Positions 54,960 through 64,000 of a DNA stretch of 64,000 nt are shown one piece after another (position 1 is the first letter of the stretch; each line of letters opens with the position of its first letter). This stretch comes from Octopus vulgaris. Taxonomy: Eukaryota. The stretch lies in the NCBI GenBank assembly GCA_951406725.2, contig OX597822.1, positions 37,386,001-37,450,000 of the forward strand, in the 5' to 3' direction. The position numbers and the translations under genes are program-made. The notes under the pieces were generated by a model. That model worked only from the letters and a program-made list of their open reading frames with translations, ran no database searches and was not told the DNA's origin.

Positions 54960-55560
54960 TCCTTCCTCTTTCTCTCTCACTCAATCGCTCACTCACTCAC
55001 TCTCTCTCTCTCTTTCTCTCACTCTCTCTTTCACTTTCACTAACTCTCTTTCTCTCTCTTTCTCACTATCTTTTTCTCTCACTCACTCTCTTATTCACTC
55101 ACTCTTTCTCACTCTCTTTGTTTCTCACTCACTCACTCTCTCTTACTCACTCACTCTCTCTTACTCACTCACTCTCTCTTTCTCATTCATTCTCTCTTTC
55201 TCATTCATTCTCTCTTTCTCACTCATTCTCTCTTTCTCACTCATTCATTCTCTCTTTCTCACTCACTCATTCTCTCTTTCTCACTCACTCATTCTCTCTT
55301 TCTCACTCACTCATTCTCTCTTTCTCACTCACTCATTCTCTCTTTCTCACTCACTCATTCTCTTTCTCACTCACTCATTCTCTCTTTCTCACTCACTCAT
55401 TCTCTCTTTCTCACTCGCTTTCTCTTTCTCACTTACTCTCTCTTTCTCACTTACTCTCTCTTTCTCACTCACTCTCTCTTTCTCACTCATGCTCACTCTC
55501 TCTCATGCTCACTCACTCACATGTTCTCTCTCACTCCCCCTCTCTCACACTCATTCACCC
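54960..55560. repeat. Complex (CT)/(TCAC)/(TCAT) pyrimidine-rich microsatellite with higher-order ~18-22-bp periodicity
   Basis: Repeated CTCTCTTTCTCACTCACTCATT-like units; this tract produces the spurious 249-aa ORF. Confidence 0.95.
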
Positions 55561-57626
55561 TTTATTGCTGTTATTCGCTACAATTTTTATATATATATAT
55601 TTTTCACTATCTTGCATCACTCACGTGACAGACTTGGTTGTATGTATGTTGTTGTTGTTAATGTTCCTACTACTACTGCTGCTGCTGTTGCTGTTGCTGT
55701 AGAAAGCTAATTTCATCTAACTACTTCAATAAATCTTGTTTTATCAATTTCTTTCCACTCTCCTCACACCACCACCACCTTTCTCTCCATCTATCTTTCT
55801 TTCTCACCTCTCTCCCCCCAACCTCTCTTTAATCTATGGTGTTTCTCCAAGTTGTATTATTGTGTACACTATGGTATTATTCCATTCTATTTGCAGTTAA
55901 ATGCACTTTTAAATGACTTTCTTCTCTCATCTCTATTTCCACATGTACACGCACTCACAGTACATACGTGCATGCTTCCATACACAGACACACATGCATG
56001 CATGCATACATGCACCTTTATCTTATCTTCATTCTGTCAGTCTATCACACTCTCCACTCTCTCTCTCTCACACACCCGTATATACATACACGTTAGTTTA
56101 GCACATATTGTCCAAAATACCTTTTTATCTCTCAGTGTGTGTGTATTGGGCAGTAAAAAGTCTAACCTTTACAAAAAATACAGACGGGCATACATCCACG
56201 TACTACCTCTTACTGTTTCTTCTAATCTCACATACTCCTTCACAATCTTACTTTTTCATATCTCTTATGCTCTTCCTATCATACATCTGACACAGACACA
56301 TACACACACACACACACTCTCTCATCTCTCTTTCTCGTTCTCTCTCTCATATCTCTTATCTCTTCTCTCTCTCTTATATCTCTTACACATCTCACAATAT
56401 TTTCCTGTCTCAAGTTTCCTACACACATATATGCACACATACATACACATGTAAAGGTACACACACACACACATACATTTTCAAAAGTCGCTCACACATT
56501 TACTTTTTGTCTCTCTAATGGACAAACTTTGTCTCTGATTCAAACTCTCTTCTACCTTACCTCCTTTGCCTCCTCCTCCTCTTCCTCCTCCAACTCTCAG
56601 CTATATTTCTTGCTGTCTGCTGTTCTTGCACCTTATTGATTACCATTGTTCAGCACCATCTACTATTCTGCCAACCAAAATTGCAACTCTTGCCAAATTT
56701 CTTTAAATCGAAAATTATCATTTGCAAGCCTTTAGATTAGGAAAGGTTATTTTTGCAGAAATTAATTCCTTTGGATCATCGTCATCGTCATCATTGTCGT
56801 CTTCTTCACCATCACCATCATGTCATCACCACTACCACCAATATCCTCATCATCATCACATCAGTGCCATAATACTATCAGTTACCACCATCACTACTAC
56901 TATTACTACTACATTCATCACCATCTCTACCATCACCAACACTATTATTACCATCTCTAACTACCACCACCATGACAACCACCTCCACCATTGCTAACAT
57001 TATCATTACATTCATCTTCACTGTCACAACCATTACAATTTCCATCATCATCATCATCACTTACGTTCTTTGTTTTTCTTTAGTGTAACAGACACAAGCA
57101 TGTTTGTGGAGTTAGGTGCAGAGATGCAAACATAAGGTTTTGAGTTCAGTTCCACTGTGCTGCACCCTGGGCAGGTGTATTCTTCTATAACCCTGGGCTA
57201 ACCAATGCTCTGCGAGTGAATTTGATAGGTGGAAACTGTGGAAGTTTGTCATGTGTATGTATATCTGTATGTATGTATGTGTCTGTGTGTCTTTATGTCT
57301 GTTCTTCCCACCACTGCTTGACAACTGGTGTTGCTTTATTTATATCCCCTTAACTTAGCAGTTCAGCAAAAGTAACTGATAGAATAAGTACCAAACTTAA
57401 AATATATATATAAATACTAGGTTGATTTCTTTAACTGAAGCTCTTTACTGTGATGCCCCAGCATGGCCACAATCCAATAACTGGGACAAGTAGAGGATAA
57501 ATAAAAACACATTTCAATTTGAAACCTTTCAGTAAAGTTATTTCCATTAGTAATAATTAAAATAATAATTCTTTGTACTATTGGGAAAAGGCCTGAATTT
57601 TTGTGGGGAGGGGCCAGTTGATTATA

Positions 57627-57663
<37 letters not shown>

Positions 57664-58447
57664 CACCATCCGAACGTGGCCGATGCCAGACCCCTCTGGC
57701 ACCTGTGCAGGTGGCACGTAAAAAACACCCACTACACTCACGGAGTGGTTGGCGTTAGGAAGGGCATCCAGCTGTAGAAACACTGCCAGACTAGACTGGA
57801 GCCTGGGGCAGTCCCTAGCTCCCCAGACCCCGGTCGAAACCGTCCAACCCGTGCTAGCGCGGAAAACGGACGTTAAACGATGATGATGATGATATATATA
57901 TGTGTGTGTGTGTATAACTGATATATCATCAAATTCTGCTGTCTGTGCTAATATGGGTTGAAGAGTTCAACAAGATTCAACACGTTGGTGAATGCCATTT
58001 TACTTTCATATGGTTTCTATGGCTGTGTGCCATTCCTAACACAAACCACTTTACAGAGTTGCTGGTGCTTTTATCGGGATACAGATGTTAGCAGGGTTGG
58101 TGTGACAGGTATTTGAGAGGACCTATGCACCCCTTCTCACGTACTATAAGTTACTATTGTTCCTGTATATGTCCAGTTAACCTGTTCTCTGTTCATGATT
58201 TTACTGTACCTCTTGTGTGCCCATAGTTTGCACGTTTTTTATTTTAATTGGCAGAAGTTACAAAGTAACTCAAGGGCTGGGAGTTTTGTTGCATTGGCAC
58301 TTATCAAGGTAGTTTAAAATTTGGGGTATTTATTTATAAAGATCAGTTTAAATGGTAAGTATTTATCATTTAAGTTGGTTCTTTATAAATGTAGTCTATC
58401 TAATTTGAAACCAGAGTCTCTCTGTTACTCCTGTTTTAAAGATGAGC

Positions 58448-58535
<88 letters not shown>

Positions 58536-58699
58536 CTGTGACCAAGGGAGTCCACTGCTCCCTTTCTAGCTGTAGTGATACCTGTAGACCAATGGTTTCT
58601 GGGTAATTTCCCTTCATTGGTATAGGACAACCACCAGCTAGAAATGGCAGCCTCTCACTCTTGCTCATAGTATATACTTCTAAAGCAACACATAGTCGC

Positions 58700-59110
58700 T
58701 GATCTTGTAAAGAGAAAAACAATTAGTTTTAAATCTCAGAGTGAGAAATATGTAGTACTGTAGTGTCGTATATTTGTCAACGCAATGTGGCGGTCCTGTT
58801 ACTACTGCTGAGACTGTTGTGTCTGAGTCCGTGGAGGAAGATGAATGGAGTGATAATGTTGCCATTACTAGTGATCTCTCCAAGCATCATGATGTTGGCT
58901 AGATGTTTGTTTTTTAATCACTCTCGGTACACATGTCCTCATATTGCACTGTCCTCAGAATGACACCCAAACACTCTGAAATGTTGGTATTGGAACTTCT
59001 GGTGTAAATGTCAAGCAGGACAGCATGTCGTTTCCAAATTTCTGGCAGAGTGAATTGCGTCAAGGTGCTGTTTTCCTCATAGACGATGCCCAACTGACCC
59101 TACTATACTG
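58700..59110 (-). mobile_element. Decayed, internally deleted Tc1/mariner (maT/DD37D-like) relic
   Basis: Minus strand gives an HTH-like N-terminus (EIWKRHAVLL...NISECLGVILRTVQ) joined to LANIMMLGEITSNGNIITPFIFLHGLR, resembling the KHPASVMVWGxISxxG motif region. Confidence 0.6.
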
Positions 59111-59333
59111 TGTAGTAGACAAAATCAAAAACAAACAATGCACATGCATGAAATAAAAAATATAAAATGGAGATAATTTACCCAATGCATAGCTGTATGG
59201 TAAGAAAATTTGTTTCCCAACCAAATGGTTTGGGTTCAGCCCCATTGCATGGCAGCTTGGGCAAGTATCTTCTATAGCTTCGGGCCCAGAGCCTTGTGGA
59301 ATTTGATAGATGGAAACCAACAAAAACCTGTTG

Positions 59334-59370
<37 letters not shown>

Positions 59371-61498
59371 TGTGTGTTTGTTCCCACCACCACTGGACAG
59401 CCAGTGTTGGTGTGTTTACACCCCAAAACTTTGCTATAGGCAAAAAAAACTTGATAAAATAAGTACCAGGTTTTTTTTTTTTTAAATACTGGGGTTGATT
59501 TCTTCAACTAAAATTCTTCAAGGCTGTGCCCCAGTATGGCTACAGTCTGACTGAAACAACAAAAAGATAAAAGACAACTCATGTTTTAAGTTCTGTTTTT
59601 CTGTTTGTATTATCAAACCTGTTTGCATATACTAATATATATACATACACACACAAACACACCCACATGTATGCACACACAAATTCACACACATGCTTGT
59701 TTTTGTATGCAAACGTGTGGGTGTATGTATGAATTCATGTCTGACATTTAAAAAAAAAACTAAATTGTTTTGTCAAAAACCTAGTTTAAAAGAACAATGT
59801 TTGTTTTTAAAGTAGTGTCTTATGCAAACTGTATTCCCATTACCATTTCTCAGCCTTTAGTTGTCTCTGGTTCCTTGGCATCTCATTGAAGCTAGGTAGC
59901 TAGACACATGTAGACTTGGGCTAAGCAGACATAGTAGTTTTCTGAGGAGCTGCCTGCTATAACTTCTGTTCCTCCCTCATTTTTTTATCTGCAACTTTTG
60001 TCCCCCTTTTCTTTCCTCTCCTCTTCATTTTCCTATTTGTCTTCATTATCTGCTGTTCTTGTTATCATCTGCTCAGTCTTTGTCACATATTTTCTCATGC
60101 TATGAGCCAATGAGAGGACATTAGTGTGGTTGTTCAACCTGCTAGAAATGATAATCAGATTTCTTAGATCATACTCTACTGACATTAAAAAGGACATTAT
60201 TAGATAATATCTCTGATAAATGATTTGAAAAGATGGAAAAGTTGTTGATCACAGTCCTGTTTGGCAGATCTGGGCTGACATGGTGCTAGACAATAACAAC
60301 TTTGATCATAAACTTGTTGATCCATGGTTAACATTGGATTACACAGCAAAGCTTTATGCCTACTAGACCAGGGCTAATATATTGCTAAACAATGAAGGTC
60401 TGCTGATATGGGTTAACAAAGACTTTGATCATAGGTTTGCTCTTTTATGGCTGATGAGGGGCTAAATAACAGCTTTGATCATTGTCCTGCTGGTGCAGGG
60501 CTGATATGGGGCTAAACAAGTCACTTCTCTTATCTCAGTGAAACCTTGTCCTTCATAGAAAACAAGTTGGTCCTTCTTGGTGATGTTGATGATGATAATT
60601 GCTGACCTAAGCATATGGTCACAAATACTTTGTGGGACAGAGAAGGGTATTGTCAGTTTTTCCTATTGAAGGCTACTGATTTTATTGACCTCCATCTCTG
60701 GAATGGAGAAAATTAAAGTTGACCTTGGCCTGATTTGGACTCAGAATCTAAAGAACCTTATCTAAAATACTAATGGAGCTTTTTGTCCTGTGGAGTTAGG
60801 GAACTCTCCTGGTTGTATCACTCAATAAATGTGGGCACAAGGTCACACATGTTCTTAACTAGTATTTTATCAATCCTTGAAAGATGAAAGGGGTAATCAA
60901 TGTCAGCAGAATGAGAATGTATCAAAATATCATATTAAATTGATATAAGGTGATGATAATGTCAATTAAAACAACCGCAATATTTGATTGGTACTTATTT
61001 TATCAATCTGCCAAGAATGAAAGGCATTGTCACCCTCAGTTGGATTTGAACTCAAAACAAAAAGGAATTTACCATTGTCACAAGGCATTTAATCAATATC
61101 TTTATTGATTCTTTCAATTCACTGATGATAAAGCTTGATTTAGTAAGGCAGCCTCCTTATGTTTGCTTGATTTCCTAGCAATAGCAACCAAATTTCCTTC
61201 AAATCATATTCTAAAAGGACAGCAATATTGAACAATGTAATCCTTGATGTACAAAAAAGCATGATGGTCATAACTGGAATGTCTTTGGTAATATGAGCCT
61301 GCTGGATCATGGCTGACTTAGGTCTAAACAATAATAACTTTATGATAGAGCCTGCATTTTTCTTTCTGAAATTTTGCTAGAATTTTCTAACAAACCATCT
61401 GTGATGTTTCTAGTTGTGGGTGGTTGGCTGTTTGTATTGTGTTCCAGAGAGCAATTCTTTGATGTCTCAAGTTATTTCTGACAGTAACCATGTGATTC

Positions 61499-61554
<56 letters not shown>

Positions 61555-62295
61555 TGTTAGAAATTCCTAGTAGCTCCCTTCACATTTTTTTTGGTCCTTT
61601 ACCACTGTTCCTTTCCTACCCTCTGCCCTTGCTCTCAGAGATAGCCTAAATTATCATTGGGTGTTGTAAACTTATTCCAGTGTATATAGGTAAAGAAAAA
61701 GATGCTAATAATTAAATAACACCCTCCCCCTCCTTCAAATGATGTCAGCCAGAGAAAGATGTATTTTAAAACTGTTTAACATCCTATTTTGTTGTGTGGA
61801 CTGAGTGGGTGGGGTAGCAGCAGCAAGGCAGGATGGAGGAGGGTTAGTTTGTTGGTTTGTTTTATATCTATTTAGTTTTGTATTTTGTCAATTTTGATAT
61901 TTGCACATGAATTATATGGAGCAATTGTTTTCACAGCTGGGTGTCTGCCTGTTTCTATTGCCTAAACCTTCAACTGTGATGTAGGGAGTGACACTTATTT
62001 TACAGTCAACTAGAGAGAAAGATAGGAGATAAAGAAAGTATGGTGTTAGGGTCTGTAGCAAAATAGAATGGCTATAGCAAGGTTTGAGCTCTTGTTCTTA
62101 TTCAATAAATAGTTCAGCACCTCAGCTTTATTATCACTGTATCTGTATTCAACAATTTTGTGAAGTTAATGTGAACCTCCCACCCCTAGTATTTAGTTCA
62201 AGTTATCAAGCCCCTCAGTGTTTTTATTTAGACACAAAAATGTACATGCAAACGTACATACATCTATACAAACCTACATACATGCATCCAGCCAT

Positions 62296-62582
62296 CCTCA
62301 TGAGAACAGATTGCCATGGGTAGGACAGCCTGGAGGACTGCTATCCACAATGGAGCCAATTCCTTTGAGCAGAGCAGACAACAGAATGTGAAAGTAAAAT
62401 GCAGGAGAAGAAAGGAGCATCTTTAACATCCTTGACCTGCACCAACCATCCTGTGCGAATTTTGACCACGATTCTTTCGCCATCGACTTGGACTCCAAAG
62501 TTACATTCAGCACAAACATCAGCTAAAGAGACTGGATGGAAATTGATGAACCCAATGCTCAGATATGAGCTGGAGCTGACGA
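62296..62582 (+). mobile_element. 3' end of a different (BovB-like) RTE LINE
   Basis: One frame reads AMGRTAWRTAIHNGANSFEQSRQQNVKVKCRRRKE, then a decayed C2H2-like RLGLQSYIQHKH segment typical of RTE C-termini. Confidence 0.65.
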
Positions 62583-64000
62583 CATACATGCATATATACA
62601 TTCATTCTCAGTTGATCTTCGTCTGGTGACACTGATAGTTTCTGTTTCACAGAAGAGGTCCAATAAGGCTGAAACATATCTGGAGTTCTCACTGTACTGC
62701 CAAGATCTGAATCACTTCACAGAGCATTGCCCACATTTTAATTAAAATTCCAATGTTGTTTTCATTACCTTTAATGATGAAAATCAATCATTAGGATAAT
62801 TCTTTCTCCTTATTAAGTGTGTAATTTGAATTAAAATGTCTTGGTTCACTATGCTATGTATATTAACACTGACTTCACTATTTGGTTTCCATGCAGGGAA
62901 TGTCCTTAGATAGTATATCATCACTCTTATGTTGATACTCTGACTATACTTGTTGTATATTGTTATCAGTCTGTACTATATCTATACTATGTTGTTTTAT
63001 AACTAAATAGAATGTTTGATTTCTTTCCTGTGGGGCTAAGTGTGAATGTCTTAAACGAAATAAAAAAATTAACACTGATAGTATCTTTCAGGTGTTAGGG
63101 AGGGCATGAAAACCATGCCAAATCTGACGGTGGAGCTTGGTACAGCCCTCTGGCTTGCCAGCTCCTGTCAAACCAGCCAGCCCATGCCAATATGGTAAAC
63201 AGGTGTTATATGATGATGCTGATGTAGCATGTTTGCTAAGATTCATATTATAATTTTGTCTTAACATAAGGTTTGTCTTTCATCAACAAAACAAGTACCA
63301 TGTTTACTAAAATATTTTTTGATCTCCTTTATTGCATTACCTCATTACTTGCTACTGTCAGAGATTAAATAGTGGTTGATAGTGTTCAGCTTATTCTATC
63401 AGGGTTAAGCCATTCTGCACTCTTTATAGAGTTATTGAAGAATATCCACTGCTGATAGTCTTGGATTTATCTTAGGAGCATCTTTATCCATGTTCTAAAA
63501 TACTGTGCATGTGTTTGTATATATGTTTGTATGAAAAAATTTATTGGAGTTGATGTTTAACCTTATTGTTTCCACTCTGTGGCTATTGTTTGGATTCTCA
63601 CAGGCTACAAACACACACATGCATGAAAATATGTTTGTGCTTTCTCACACATGCAAGAAATAGTGTGAGCTTAGAATATTGATGTAAATATGCCTATATA
63701 TAACTATTAATATATATCTACATCATCCCCTACCTCACACCAGATAGAAATGCTCCTTGGTAAATGTAATAAACCATATAGCTTATATTGGAGATGATCT
63801 TTCAGTGGTTGATGGTTTGGTATATAGTGGTGGTTGGTGTAACTAGGCTATGTGTGAGATGTGGTGGTGGTGTAGTTGGGTGTGTGAAAAAGTCGTTGGT
63901 GAATACAATTGGTTTCTTCAAATAAACAGATGTTTGCTGGGAATTTTTCAATGTCCTCATTAGCATACTGCCTGCCCTTGTTGATCTACCATCCCTTAAT

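Noticed and set aside
54953-55702. Longest ORF in the track (249 aa, Ser/Leu/His-rich)
   Set aside because: It is the translation of a CT/TCAC microsatellite.

Overview
AT-rich, repeat-saturated eukaryotic DNA. The SINE families, (TA)n/(CA)n/(ATG)n microsatellites and RTE partners point to a cephalopod (Octopus-like) genome; this is an inference, not a database result. The one gene I recognise is an LRRFIP1/2 homolog: its first coding exon lies at 27810-27902 (+) and is followed by an intron running past the window end. A possible three-exon 63-aa gene lies at 9474-11508. The rest is mobile DNA: several tRNA-derived SINE families, RTE LINE fragments, two Tc1/mariner relics, piggyBac-type MITEs and a four-copy non-autonomous Helitron array. 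The most striking signal is a set of seven minimal type-I hammerhead-ribozyme (HHR)-like motifs (plus a partial one at ~44.8 kb), from several different families and often next to (TA)n tracts and fold-back inverted repeats. One sits in a ~360-bp tandem unit (22449-23142) built like a non-LTR retrozyme or Penelope pseudo-LTR, whose inverted copy begins 2-3 nt from the predicted cleavage site. Nearly all ORFs in the supplied track are microsatellite or SINE artefacts.
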